Made by a program: the position numbers and the translations under genes. From contig OZ024740.1 in the NCBI GenBank assembly GCA_964016885.1, positions 256,122,001-256,186,000 of the forward strand: 64,000 bases of DNA, read 5' to 3'. A model generated the notes under the pieces. That model saw nothing but the letters and a program-made list of their open reading frames with translations. It was not told the DNA's origin and searched no databases. Positions 13,141 through 27,947 of the stretch are shown piece by piece. This DNA comes from Eledone cirrhosa (taxonomy: Eukaryota). Numbering within the stretch: the stretch's first letter is position 1; every line of letters starts with the position of its first letter.

Positions 13141-13329
13141 AGTGTTATATAATTTTGGGACTGTTGTTATTTCAGCATTTCTCCACCCCTTTTAAGTGAG
13201 GTAGCCTCCGACCGACCTTGCGAAAGCAAGAAAGAAACGGAAGTCCTGATAGCGAATGTCTCGATGGTCAGTATTTTGTTGACTTTCACTTCTCTGCATT
13301 ACGGGTAGCAGTCTAAAAATTGCCTAAAG

Positions 13330-13610
13330 TCTGTCTCGAACCCGGAGGTTCATCAGACCGGGGCTTACCCTGGTTTCCGTTGCGTTAAGCGACTACGAGT
13401 ACACGACTCCCACCTCGACAGAATGCCGTCCAACGCAAGGTTAACCCCCCAACTGCTGCTGGTTCTTCTTTTCAGCTGACTATACTGGGGTAACGTGAAA
13501 TGAAGTATTTTGCTCAAGAACTCAACACACAAACTAGTCCAGGTATTGAACTCACGACATTATGATCGTAAGTCAAACACACATACCACTAGATCACGCG
13601 CATCCACACG
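13330..13610 (-). mobile_element. SINE related to family B
   Basis: gtgaaatgaagtattttgctcaagaactcaacac...gtattgaactc is the reverse complement of a tRNA-like head plus the family B body start. Confidence 0.55.
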
Positions 13611-14009
13611 TGCTGGTGGTGCTGTTTCTTTTGCTGTTCCTGCTGGTGTTGTTTTTTTATCCCGGCACCAGTGTTGGCAGCAGTAGAAGTTTTCTACTCT
13701 TTACATTTGTGTCCGTCTCATTTTGGAGGCAGATGTGGTCCAAGTCAATCCTGGACCAACCCTCCCTGGCTGTCCTCATTACTTCGATTGGGACAGTATC
13801 CATCCCCTCAACAATCACGCATCCCAGGAACCACCACATGTCTAGTCATGGGAGAAGGCCGGGAATGCGGTCTCTTACCTTTTTCCCATATGGGAGGGGT
13901 ACATAATGACATTGCTGGTTTTGCAAGAGGTCACCGCGTGTTTCATAGCGAGGGCTTCTAACTTAAACAGCACCGAAATGGTGCCGTATTTTTTGATGAT
14001 GCGTTGTTG

Positions 14010-14220
14010 GTGGATTGGCAGTATCGGTAGAGGGTCGGACGCCATGCTTCGCAGCATAGAGTTACGGCCCTTTATGATCTGAGTTCAAATCCCGCCGATG
14101 TTAACTTTGCCTTTCATCCTTACGGAGTCGATAAAATAAAGTACCAGTCACGCACTGGGGTCGATTTAATCGACTTTCCTCTTCCCCAAAATTGCTGGCC
14201 CTGTGCCTATATAGGAAACC
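14010..14220 (+). mobile_element. tRNA-derived SINE family A, near full length
   Basis: A-box-like tggcagtatcggtagag, B-box gagttcaaatcc, central gcctttcatccttacggagtcgataaaataaagtacca (from memory resembles the Meta-type SINE core). Near-identical copies at 28510 and 47757. Confidence 0.85.
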
Positions 14221-14389
14221 ACTATTTCTTTCGTCCGTGTTTTTGTTGTCAATGTTACTACTGTTGTTGGTGTTGATGTTGGTGGTGCTGGTGTTGGCGA
14301 TACTGCCTAGTGTGATGTTTTTGTTAAAGATTGTTGTGAGAGGGGTTGCGTTATTTTCCTCAACGTTTAAGCCACTGTCACATGACAAT

Positions 14390-17300
14390 GAGCGCAAAGC
14401 TGGGAGGCGTGGCTCCGCCATGCTTTGTTAAGATAAATTTTGAAATAAAGATGATGGATGAGTTGTATGAATTCTCCACCTCCGCCCGACCTTTCAGTGA
14501 CAGCTTTCTCTCGGCCCATTTCTGGGTGAGAGAGGACACCCTGCTCGTCACCCAGTTTTGTGCAGGATCAGGACCAAACCAGACAACTAACAATTTAACT
14601 GTCCAGCGCCCGACGACGCTGTTGGATGCTATGGACCTGCCTCTCTAGGTCCCGAGCTGCTGGCCCATTGACATTACCCGATTAATTTTGCTCCCGTCAC
14701 CACCTCGTACTCCTGGAAAGCGGTGCCGATAATCTACAAGTGTTTGGTGTTCGACACCACTACGGTGACATCGCCCGCACACGCTGACGCGGTTCTCCCG
14801 CATCTCATTTCGCGCACGACGCCTCTCAACGTCTCCAGTTTGTGCAGTAATGGCTTGAGAATCAATACGTACAACAGGACGAGAGGGAATCGAGCGCATA
14901 ATGTTGAACGGTTCCGAAAGGTGACCATTGATTCTCACCACAGAGCCGATGGCAATGTGCATGGCAGCGATCGAGCCTGTGAAGACGGGCCCAAACTCCG
15001 TTCTAGTTTCCTTAGAAACTCTCTCAACGATGTATCGCATGAGGTGAATATTGTCGTGGGAATGATGCATGTCTTCACCACGCCCACAAGGTTCCCGACG
15101 AAAAGCGCCAACCTCGTCAATAGTAACTTGGCCAACCTTTTGAACTCTGTGTTCAGCACAGTTATGGGCCTGAAATTATCTACGTTGTCCCCCTTGTTCG
15201 GGTACTTTCTCAGCAGTGCCACCACTCCTCGGCAGACCGTCGAGGTAGTGACAAAAATCCATTCTGAGATCCGGCTTGTCACTTCTCCCGAACAGTTAAG
15301 CGAAGACCTCCTGAAAAGCCGCACACATCTGCTCAGTATTAACTAACACGCACTTGTCGTGGTGAGCTGAAGATTGGATTGTCTCCGTCACTCGGGCACA
15401 TTTCATCACACTGCGAAGTGAAGAAATAACAATGGTGCCCACCTACCGCGGAGAAAAAGTTGAGTGACCCAAGTTCCTCCCGGGATAACCATTCCCTGGC
15501 TGATGGCAGCTGTCCTCTCCGACGTCTAGGAAAGCCATTCGATCTTGGAGATCACCAAGATAAAACAAGAAGATTGAATAGGATCGAGGATGGAGCTCCT
15601 AATCCAAATGGACAAACAAAAACATAGAGGCCATCCTCGATATTATTGACCTTAACGAAAACACTCATCTACCCGTGGCCGTCGAGGGTAGAAAGCTATG
15701 TAGGAACAAAACTCACCTAAAAGCCTTCTGCCCAAATCAAAATGAGGTGGGAACAAGGCCATCTCTCCTCCGTACTCCAGGTCCCATGGTGCGAACAACA
15801 CAACCGTTTTCTGCAACTGTAGCTGCAACATCAACACTGGCACCAGCACCAAACATTTCGAAAACAATACCACCACCCATAAAAACACCAATATCAGTGG
15901 AAAGCTTACCCCTCCATAACATTACACAGTTCGACACTGAATGTGATGACGCTGAGGGGTAGCAAACCGTCGGCTTGAAGAAAGTCAAAAGATAAAAACT
16001 CATTATTTTTGCCCTCAAAACAAAAAAAAAGGTCAAACACTCAGTCCCACCATCCACACCACCACCAACAACAACATGCACACTACCACCACCACAAACA
16101 CCCACGTCACCACCACAACCACCACCACCACCATCTCAACCAACCCCATCACCACCTATAGCAACACCACAGCAATCATCAAAGACACCAACAACACCGC
16201 ACACACAATACACAGCAATAGACATAATCAACAAAAGCCTATTAAATTACTTACAACACAACACCGACATTATACAAATAAGTTTAGGTATAACCACAAA
16301 AAATACATCCCCGCCTCACATTAAAATTTTACGAATCACACAAAAGACTTACACACTTATAAAAATTAAATTCCCCGAGGCAGTTGGAGATTTTAGAGGA
16401 AACTTCTCAAAGAGAATATACTCCGATATTCTCGTGGAGAAACCTACATCGAGCCAGAAAGATATTCACCAACCCTCTCCCAAAATGCAAAAGGCAAGCC
16501 TCTCGCTTTCTCACTTGTTTCCTCCCACTTAACGAAAATGGCCTCACAGAAGAGGCGGCATAAAATGCACGCGGCCTGGAGTCGTCTTGAAAGCAGAGTC
16601 ACCTGCTCAACGAACTCAGGCTTCTGAACTTGGATGTGGTGGCCATCAGCGAGATCAGAATCTTCGAAGTATGTGCTGTTTCACCCATTTTTGGCGGCGC
16701 CGAGGTGTACACATCCCCAAAACATCCTGCATTTGGAGGCGGAGTAGTTGTGTTGTTTCGGAGAGGTCTGGCTCTCGAGATACGGACCATCTTCTTGGAC
16801 CCAGAAGCTAAATTGGTGATGCTGAACTTGACTAGCGGAGAAGAGCACGCTTTCAGGCTGGTAGCCGTCTATATCCCGATAGGGGAAGGACGGCCTGATT
16901 TTTTCCGGTGAGTGGAGATCTTTCTATGAACTGCCTACCCTCCAGTGCTATTGGGCAACTGGAACGGGATATTGGATGCACGCTGGGAATGTATGGGAGT
17001 AGCAAAGAGGGGAGGAAGATGTAAAAGTCTCGTAAACCTGCTCAGACAGTTCCAACTGTTTAACAGGTTCCATCTGAATTTCCAGAATATGCCTGTGAGA
17101 ACATGGACAAACGGCATCGGCTCATCTAGATCGTATCTAGATAGGGTCTTCTGTAGGGATATAGATAGGACGACTAGCATAGGATGTCCACTTTTCAAGA
17201 TGGTCGACTACACAGACCACAAATTTATGATCTACGTGGACCACCTAGCTAGGTTACATAGACAGGGACCCAGCTATTGGAAGCTGAATGCGTCACTCCC

Positions 17301-18490
17301 AGCGCGTAAAGACTACAGAGACCGGATTAGCGAATTATTTAAGCAGGCATTGATGGGGGAAGTCGTCAACAACAAATGGTGGTTCGGACTGAAAAGGTCG
17401 ATCAAAATAGAATCCGTTAGGTTTAGCAAGGCTATAGTGATAGAAAAGAATAGACAAGAGGGAGAACTAGTGAGAAAACTAGACGAGGGGGCATCGAGAC
17501 AGACGTGCAAGCAGCCAGATTGGCCCTCGACCAATTCTTCAACGCTAAGCACGAAGGCTGTGTTGTCTGAGCTAGGGCGCGTGCACTAAAACACGAGAGG
17601 ACGCAGTGTGATGAAATGTGCCCTGGCTTCTTGCGGGTTTGTGAAGAAAACATTGACTGCCCCATACTTGGTCCCACAGGCTATGTGTGTTTTACATGCC
17701 CACACGGCACCCATAGGCTTTTCCACCGATGAGACTTTATCCCAATTGTACGGTACGAGACCATATACATACGACTGTTCTACATGAAATTGGGTGGAGG
17801 AACAAGGCTGACCCTGTGGCCATTCTTCTTCACCAGTGGTTTAGCTTCCCTCATTTCCTCCTCGCTGACACGAACTCTTTTTACGGTTTTGGCCGATCGC
17901 GAAAGATGTGCCGTTGCTGCTGCTGTCATTGCTACTGCTGTTATTGTTGTTGTTGTTGTTCTGGTAATGTTGTTGTTGTTGTTGTTGTTGTTGTTGGCAG
18001 TGTTGTCGGTGTTGCTTTTCTTGTGTACAATGTTTGATTTCGCGTTAGTTTTTGTAGTTGTAGTGGTTGCGGTGGTGATGTCAATGTTGTTGTTTCTTGT
18101 GTGTGTTTTGATGTCCCACATTTCTTGTGATGAAGGCGGTGTATAAAGCTGGGAAGTTGTTGTTTTTATTGCCTTTGTCGTGTTTGAGAGCACAAACATT
18201 TCTGACTTTGTCTGATGCTATGAAAACTGTTGTGTCAGTCTCCCCACTTGCTTCAGCAGCTTCTAAAAGTTCTAACTCATCACTTTTGTCAATAAATGAA
18301 CTGGCCGTTTTGGAATGTTTTTTCTTAGGGAAAACGATAACAATGCTACTAAATGGCCGGTTACTAGAGAGATATTACCGACGGATAGAAAACAAACATA
18401 TCTAATTGATTGTTTCAAAATGTTGTAACAATTGTCGACAAAATAGAACAACATTTAAAAAGCCTCACCAGTGGCGAAAACAACGTGGCA
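14390..18490 (-). mobile_element. Tx1/L1-clade LINE, degenerate, with an internal inversion of 15395-17623
   Basis: ORF1 N-terminus on minus (18199-17602); ORF1 C-terminus and APE on plus (DVVAISE, LVAVY, LLGNWN, SYLDRV, YTDHK); RT on minus (DNFRPITVLNTEFK, RINGHLSEPF). Collinear with 33599-39434 once the middle is flipped. (TAA)n-like tract at 18502-18530. Confidence 0.9.
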
Positions 18491-18879
18491 TGATACTCGT
18501 GAATAATAACTAATAACAATAACAATAATAATTCTTTTTGTATTGGTCCCAGGGGCTCCTACATGCAATACATAAATAGATTACAGAATAGTACTACAAA
18601 ACATTACATGTAATACACTGTGTGGGAGAAAAACTTACTATATATTGAAACACGTTCTGACACGCTGCCTTCTCAGTTCAAATCACACCGAGCTCAGTTT
18701 TATTTTTCATCATTTAGTGGTCGATAAATAAGGTAGCAGTCTCGTACTGGGTTTGATACTTCCTCTATTTCTCATTATACCGCTTTCTTTCTTTCTTTCT
18801 TTGATCCTTTCTTTCTATCTTTCTTTTTTCCTTCTTCCTTTCCTTCTTTCTTTCCTTTTCTTCCTCTTTTTCTCTAGAA

Positions 18880-19570
18880 GAAATCAGCTGTTTTCAGACC
18901 TGGATAAAAGTATCTAGGACTACATAATCAAATGTGCTCTTACTTCATGTTATTGTGTTTGTTTCGGCCTCCACTGTAATCCAGCAGTCCTATGTTCAAA
19001 ATTATTCCATCCGGCCCCACCATTATTTTTACTTGGACGTAGTGTATCTAGATTTACATCACTGAATATGTTTTTACTTGATGTCATTGTTCTTTCCATG
19101 TAGTTCTGATAAAATATTCGTTCCATCCGTGGCCATCCAGTCTTCTTTTTCGTTAGCGATTAAATAAATGTAGTTTTAATATCTAAGATCAAATTATCCA
19201 ATATGTCCTTTATTGATTATATTGTTCTTGAACAGTTCAGTCCTGATTCATCAGACCTGTGATCAAATGTGCTCAAGCCGTGACCATCCCATTTGTATTG
19301 AGAAATTGTATATCTATGACTACGTTATCTAACACATACTTTCTGGGTTTTGTTTAGTTCCAGATTAATCCTGATAGAGTATAACTGTGACTAATGCTGT
19401 TCCAGTCATATCTTTCCCCATGCATTATCTTGTATATCATTCATTGTTGCTGTTGTGTAGCTCCAGCTTAGTTCTGATCTAGCTGATCCGTGACCAAAGT
19501 TGTTTCAGCTGTGGCTATACCGTCTTTTATTTAGAAATTGTATATCTAGGACTACATTATCTAACACTTC
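18880..19570. repeat. Degenerate tandem repeat, units of roughly 110-130 bp
   Basis: Recurring tatcta[g/t]gactac.ttatc.aa, cc.tga.caaa and ccatcc motifs (e.g. near 18910, 19045, 19180, 19310, 19542). Confidence 0.55.
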
Positions 19571-19666
19571 ATCTAGGTCTGTGAATAAAGGGGATCCATT
19601 TGCTACTATCTCGTCATTTATTTCAGCGAGACAGTGTAACAAGGCTGGCTTTTTGAATTTCAGGTA

Positions 19667-20094
19667 TACCAATTATACTTGAATATAAGTCGATCCGCAT
19701 ATAAGTCGACCTCGCATTTTATGTCTGGGAAATGGGCAAAAATCCAAAATTTAAAAGCCAAGGCAGCTAATCAATATATGTTTAGATGGTGCGGTTTTGA
19801 AATTCTCATTAGTGGAGAATATATTTATGAAGTTTTAATATTTTGATATTTAAAATGTTTTAAGTATCGTTTAAAGTATAGTTTTTCTTTCGCAATTCCA
19901 GTATGTAATGTTTTTTATTTTACCAATTCTCAACCATTTCGATGACCATGTTCATTTGAAATATCAAAAGCAACAGGAAAAGTAATTTCACCAAAGTGAA
20001 CATATCTTAGTACTTTTGGCGAAAATTGGTAAAATATTGATCTTGAATGTAGTTCGATTTTTATCACATATTTCTCGGCTTAGTATATACGGTA
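19667..20094. mobile_element. MITE with TACCGTATATACT-type terminal inverted repeats (Tc1/mariner-pogo superfamily) inserted into a SINE B copy
   Basis: Left taccaattatacttgaatataagtcga, right tcggcttagtatatacggta. SINE B sequence stops at caggta (19666) and resumes after 20095. Confidence 0.65.
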
Positions 20095-20239
20095 AATCCT
20101 TTTAATCTATTTCGTTGTACTGGAACAACGTAAAATGAAGTATCTTGTTGAAGGATAAAACGCGTCGCTGGGAATGGAAATTAAAACCTTATGTTCTCAA
20201 GCCTTAACCATTAAATTAAGTAATATATGTGTATGAGAT

Positions 20240-21150
20240 GAAAGAATGGTATTTGACTAATGTAATGGTACGCGATGAAGCCCACCCACAGCCCCGGCGG
20301 GCAGAATGGAGAAGGCATTTCCCCGGAGGACGGCAAAGGAGACACTCTGGAAAAGCCACTCCAACTCGCGAGGCTCACACCTACGGCTGGCCAGCTCAGC
20401 GCCTATGGTGGTGAATAAGGAGGTAGCCATGGGGCCGAGGACACCAGAAGTTTCCACTGCCAGGGGAACGACCGCAAACCTGTCGGAGAGTGACCGGTAT
20501 TTGAGGAGTTTGGCCCCCTCAGCCCGACGTGCAGCAGAATCTGGGTCAGTCGCAGACTGCACCAGGTTGCGGCTGCAGAAAGTGTCGGTGCAAGTGGCAT
20601 CCCAGACGAGGGGTTTGCTACCGCGGAACGGGAAGATGGTCATGCCATCTGGCCTTTTCGCGTCCCCTCGATTCATCCCCACCGGCTCGAGCTGGGAAGG
20701 GAAGCCTGCAGCGTCCAAGCCATGCTTAATGACCTCGTTGAGGGCAGTATGGCGTGGAATACGGCCGGCACTGTGGCGACAGGAAAGCGAGTGGAGGCCG
20801 AAAGAGTCCACGGTGGAACCGCAGCGACATTGGTGTGGCTGGCAGTTCCGGAGGCCGAGCCTCAGGGAAACGCCGATTCGCAGGCTATGGTTGTCTAGCT
20901 GCGTGCCAGTGGAGAAGGAGGGCAGAGCATGGAGCCAGGCACCACTGTGGGGTTTGGAGGCCGCACGAAAATAAGCAAGGCGGTGCTGGTCGAGCTGGCG
21001 CGTGAGCCTGTCTGAGGCCAGGCTGCACTGGATGGCATCCCAAGTGCGTTGGGGGGGGGGGACTAGACGTCAACAGGGGGAGAAGGCGGAGGGACATCTA
21101 CTGGGCTAAGTCCCAGCCGGTCCCACGTCTCACAGGCGGCCTCACGTTCT
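20240..21150 (-). mobile_element. CRE-clade non-LTR retrotransposon 3' fragment (zinc finger plus restriction-like endonuclease)
   Basis: HSGAWLHALPS..LRLG, CRCG..D..GLHSLSC, RH..LN, RPDG, WDATC.DT, AE..K..KY, VPLAVETSGV.G. GC-rich relative to flanks. Confidence 0.85.
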
Positions 21151-22177
21151 CTGAACACAGAGGGTTCTGTTGTGTTCATACACCATTAAATTTACATTCA
21201 CACATTCCCACACGAAAACACTCAAACTTAATCACCCTTATGTTTACATCGCTCTTCACCCCTTTCCCCTCTATATATATGTGTGTGTGTGTCATAACTC
21301 TCTTCCTTCTATATCAACTATATCTAGTGTTAATATAATTCTTCATTGTACTGTTTTGTTTGTTTTGTTGTTTCCGTTTATTTTCCAGCACTCTCTCTCT
21401 CTCTCACACTCACACACATACAGATACACACACACTCACACACACGCACACACGCATGCACACACACATATATATATATATATATAAACTCATGCTAGAC
21501 ATAGCAACACGATTATCCAAGATGGATCCAGCCGGAAGTCATTTCAAATTAGATCCGTTGGATGAATGTGAACCAGCTAACTTAATAACAATAGTACCAG
21601 CAACAATAACAACAACAATAACAGTACTACTACTGCTACATCAGAAACATTAGCAATAGCAACAATAACAACAGCACAGTATTGCTATAACAACAACAAC
21701 TTCAACAACAACAACAAGCACACTATCGGCAACAACGAAACACATAGTCATACATGAACCATTCCGAACAATACAATAAAATGGACGCCGTGAGATGGAA
21801 TGAGTTACAGCTTTCACATAACACATTTCTAAAGAGAGTCAGTTATCTGCAACAAAATATCTATAACTGCCCACCAACAGTTAAAACAACGCTGCAGTTA
21901 TACAGGACTGGCTGCACACATAGCTGGCACCGGCATGTCCCGACTACACTCGCAAGGCACGTGTCAGTCGGCACTCACGATTCCAGTGGGCATGTGTCAG
22001 TAGAAACGTTGCAGCGTTCGTACAGGCGATTTTGAGCTATCAGTATGCAATAATTTAGAAAATCAAGACTGTACACACGTGTCAAAACACACCATTAGAT
22101 ACATATGTTTCAAGCTATACTCACGTACACATCTATATACATATATACGTCTCTCTCTCTATCTGTATATATATATG

Positions 22178-22254
22178 CAGGGTGTCCCCCCAAAATGTAC
22201 ACACACTTTGATTACAATGCTGTTGAAGTGTGTATACATTTTTGTGAGACACCC

Positions 22255-22256
<2 letters not shown>
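22178..22256. mobile_element. 79-bp MITE with CAGGGTGTC terminal inverted repeats (Tc1/mariner-like)
   Basis: cagggtgtccccccaaaatgtacacacact ... agtgtgtatacatttttgtgagacaccctg, inside a TA/TG tract. Confidence 0.7.
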
Positions 22257-22287
<31 letters not shown>

Positions 22288-22302
22288 GCATAAAAATATA
22301 AC

Positions 22303-22347
<45 letters not shown>

Positions 22348-22399
22348 GGATTTTTTCACATGAATGAAACAGCCAGGGATCTTGTTAGAGACTCCTTTA

Positions 22400-24500
<2,101 letters not shown>

Positions 24501-24559
24501 CGAAGAAAATGCACAAATAAAATGGGCAAACTATACATATAAAAATGAGAATACTCATC

Positions 24560-24850
24560 GCTAGAACAACCGGTAAAACAGCTAAATGCTGTCAAAGATA
24601 GCGATGGGCAAAAATGCCTCAGAGGACAGAGACCAGTGGCCAGTCGTCGACAGAGAGACAGTTCACAATGTGGATGACAGTCAGATGAAATATAGAAAAG
24701 ATAGAAAAAGGAGGAGGGCAAGACGTGTGTTGGTGCATAGAAGTGACTGGACGAAGGAAATTAAGGCGATATACAAGACAAGATTACACATCCACATCTT
24801 CACCCTCATCAGCTCCCCAACCAGCAAAATGGTTTCGCACGATTTAATTT
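24560..24850 (+). mobile_element. Possible RTE-like LINE C-terminal fragment
   Basis: ASEDRDQWPVVDRETVHNVD..RKDRKRRRAR resembles the A.DR..WR...EKRRRRK ending of RTE-type ORFs. Confidence 0.4.
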
Positions 24851-25649
24851 AGTGTACCATTTTAAAAAGCTGGATCTTGAACAGAAAAATAAATATTCCT
24901 GTTGATATGAGGTGTGCGTGATAAAAAAAATCTCACAGATAGAAGGAAGAAAACAAAGAAAAAATAATGGGATAGTGGACCTCAAGCCGTGGTGTCTGTC
25001 GTAAATAGAAAGTTAATCAAAGCTATGCTAAAGTTAAATGAAAAAACAATGTTGTCTCTGATCGAGATGAAGTGAGAGTATATTTGAATAGATATAAAAA
25101 TGTGAAAACCCATCGCTAGAACACTAAGTGCTTTTACCTTTGTATATTTCAACCAAACTTATGCTACAGTATATATATATTTTTTTCCCCGGATGATTCT
25201 AGAAATAACGCGTAGCTTACACACTGGGTGCAGCACTTGCACGCCAGGGGCGGATGAAGTGAAAAACCCAACGATTATCGTTTGGTCCGGGGCAAATTTA
25301 TTGAGAGCTCTCACATAATACCGATTTTACCACTGACTAACTAATTATGTGTACTCTGAATCACCAACATGCATCTCGGAAATGCAGGTCTCGTGAAATG
25401 ATTGAGCGAGTGGGAATGTTCGGCGGGCTAGCACAAGTTCAACTTATCTAGTTCGATATATTTATACATATGTTTTTCACTCTAGTCGCCTTCTACCCCC
25501 TGTAATAGAAAACATACTCTTTCTTGTTTTCTTCTCTCTATATTGCATTGTGAAGAGCCCGGCACTTATACATTGAGTTCATTAAATTTCAGGGATAAAC
25601 GTGAGTCGTTAACTCCGTTGTTTCATTTGTATATATATATATATATAGA

Positions 25650-26828
25650 GAGAGAGAGGTAGAACACTGGAAGGTAATATCCGTAGTGGTAGAGCACTCA
25701 GTCCCTGGGACGAGTTTCGTAGAAGTAGTAACACAACAGTTAGTTCACCATACCAAGAACAATTGTTTCACCTTATGCGGATATTCAGCTCGGACTGGTC
25801 ATGGTTATACGGAACAGGAAGAACAACCGTATGAACGCGCATGCACAGAAACGGTCACTTCACCCAAGCGATATAAAACCACGGGCGAAAGGCGTAAAGG
25901 AGATAACTGTGAAAGTCCGGAATAAGATGTTTAAGTTGATTAGAAAATTAGAATGTTGTTGTTATTCAATCCGGAGCTTTGTAGTTATGCAAGAGGTGTT
26001 TCCAAACATGTGGACAACGTAAGAAGATTTCATTTCTTGAATTTAGGCAATCGCTATTGCGTAATCTCCTTAGAATATTTATCCTTTCTTCAAAACACAG
26101 TTCACAAGACGGATTGCCCCTTTCGTATGGCTTGGAATTAGTGATGGCTTTCCATTAAACGGAGTAGTCTATACCTCAGTCCTTGAGGGACCATGCGTGG
26201 CTCGCGAGTTTCGTGGATGATCGTTTGTACGGGTACCTAAAGGTCGACTGATGGTTCAGGAAGCGTTCCTTAAATCGGCCCTCCGCCATACCCATATAGG
26301 ATTTGGTCGGTTTTAAGTGACCACAGCTTCATAAACTACAGCGGGTGTGTTGCATTGCTGTTGAAGGGAACAAGCTTCAGGCTTTCGGCAAGAGCATCCT
26401 TGTTGGGTGCCGCTCTTAGGACTGTTGGTGATGTGGGGCTTCATATTCTTAGCGCAGGAGTACCATAGTTTTACTCTGCGTCTGTTAAAGATGGAGCACT
26501 ATTTGTGACCTATTGGAAAGTGTCGATCTAACACGGCTAAAAAAACGTTTCCTACATTAGTTTTAACGTTGAGTGAGAAGGGAGGAAAGAACCAGATAGT
26601 TTGTCTATTGTTACGATTTCTTTTCTTATTGCTGTTGTTGTTAGTGGGGTAGTAAGTAATTGGTTGCGAGAAGCCGCTGTTAGCTAACGCCGTATTAGAG
26701 TAGGGTGCCACTCTGGCAAATATATCCTTATTAGAGGAGAGGTTAGAGATTCCAGTACTGATATTATTTACGAAGATTCTAAAAACAGTAGGAGGGTGAT
26801 ATGAATTCTTGTGTATGTAATTAAGTTT
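25650..26828 (-). mobile_element. Penelope-like element (CxC-linker GIY-YIG type), 3' half
   Basis: LNYIHKNSYHPP..ISNLSSNKDIF, IWFFPPFSLNVKTNVG..FL..LDRHFP, IFNRRRVKLWYSC..NM, GCSCRKPEACSLQQQC..AVVYEA, GRFKERFLNH. Confidence 0.9.
25753..25793 (-). ncRNA. Type I hammerhead ribozyme motif in the PLE 3' repeat (core position 8 mutated)
   Basis: CCGAG-CUGAAUA-UCC(gcauaa)GGU-GAA-ACAAUUGU-U-CUUGG: palindromic stem III, 5-bp stem I. Confidence 0.65.
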
Positions 26829-26829
26829 T

Positions 26830-27708
26830 GTGCCGATATGCCACCCAAAAAGTCCTAGCCTGGCCGCAAGATCAGATTTTCCAGAAGAAAAAATGTTACT
26901 AGAGCAACAGAGAGACTAAGCTTCGCGATTACCATCAACAAAGCTCAGGGTCAAACCCTAAAAGAAACCTACAATGAAAGAACATCTTAAAATTTACCCA
27001 AGCCAAATGTTGTATTTATTAACATTTCTCTCTGCAGATTCTTAGCAAGCTTACTGGCGCTTTAGTATGGTATTCAATTCTCATATCGTTTTTGATTGAT
27101 ATGGTGCATATATCGCAGCTATTCATATGTTTTAAACATTAGATAACGATTGCTGATGTATATTGTACGACAGAATTAGATGAAAAATATTTTGAATGAG
27201 CAAATAAAAGAGATAAAAAAGAAAGATGTTTGTTGGTTGGTTCCTTCGCGTATCACACGAAAAAAAAAACGAAAAATGACAATCGGAAAGTATGTACAGG
27301 ATTGGGATAAGAGTATATCCAGGAAAGTTTATTGATACTAATTTTATAACACCAAAGAAGAAGAAAGACATACCACGTATGCTAACCAACCTGACTGCTA
27401 TTTCTAGCAGGTTGGGAATGAACCATAAGGGATTCTCTCTGCGAGTTTGTTGTCAGAGATGATCGTGTTTCGCAGCCTATGTCCCCGATTCCAACAGTGG
27501 CTTACACACACACAGGAACACTCATAAGGCACACATACACACACATATATATTCACACACACACACATATATATACACACAAACACACACAAACACACTC
27601 ACACACACACACTGTAAACAAGACAATGCATTCAATACAGACGTTTTCTCTTCTGCTGGTCTTCTCTTATCATTTGTTAACCTTGGCGAAGCTGGGTACC
27701 TCAACTAG
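26830..27708 (+). mobile_element. Non-autonomous Helitron remnant
   Basis: About 26912-26965 encodes RLSFAITINKAQGQTLK (Pif1-type helicase motif). Terminal hairpin ccttggc-gaa-gctggg (27681-27696) precedes CTAG (27705-27708) followed by T. The 5' TC end was not located. Confidence 0.7.
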
Positions 27709-27866
27709 TATATATATATGAAAATAGAGAAATTAATGTGAGCAAGAAGCCAACAGTAATTCATAATATATAAGTGACTATAACGTCAAGATGGAAAATA
27801 TTTAACTTAACTCAGAATAAAATTAAGGGTAAATACTTATCTTTCAATTTGGAAAAATCTACAAAT

Positions 27867-27947
27867 GCTCTATATAGTCTTAAAAAGACTATTTCACGAA
27901 ACTTTTCAGTGGGGTTAGTCACGGTTGGAGTCGTTCATCAGTAGAGC
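27867..27947 (-). ncRNA. Structurally complete type I hammerhead ribozyme
   Basis: GCUCUA-CUGAUGA-ACGA(31 nt)UCGU-GAA-AUAGUCU(uuuua)AGACUAU-A-UAGAGC: 6-bp stem I, 4-bp stem II, 7-bp stem III, all core bases intact, AUA cleavage triplet. Confidence 0.88.

Noticed and set aside
14010-14095. tRNA gene
   Set aside because: A and B boxes are present but continue into a SINE body repeated many times in the window; no complete cloverleaf.
21488-21580. Possible host exon (MLDIATRLSKMDPAGSHFKLDPLDECEPAN)
   Set aside because: No recognisable domain, no convincing splice context and no partner exons.
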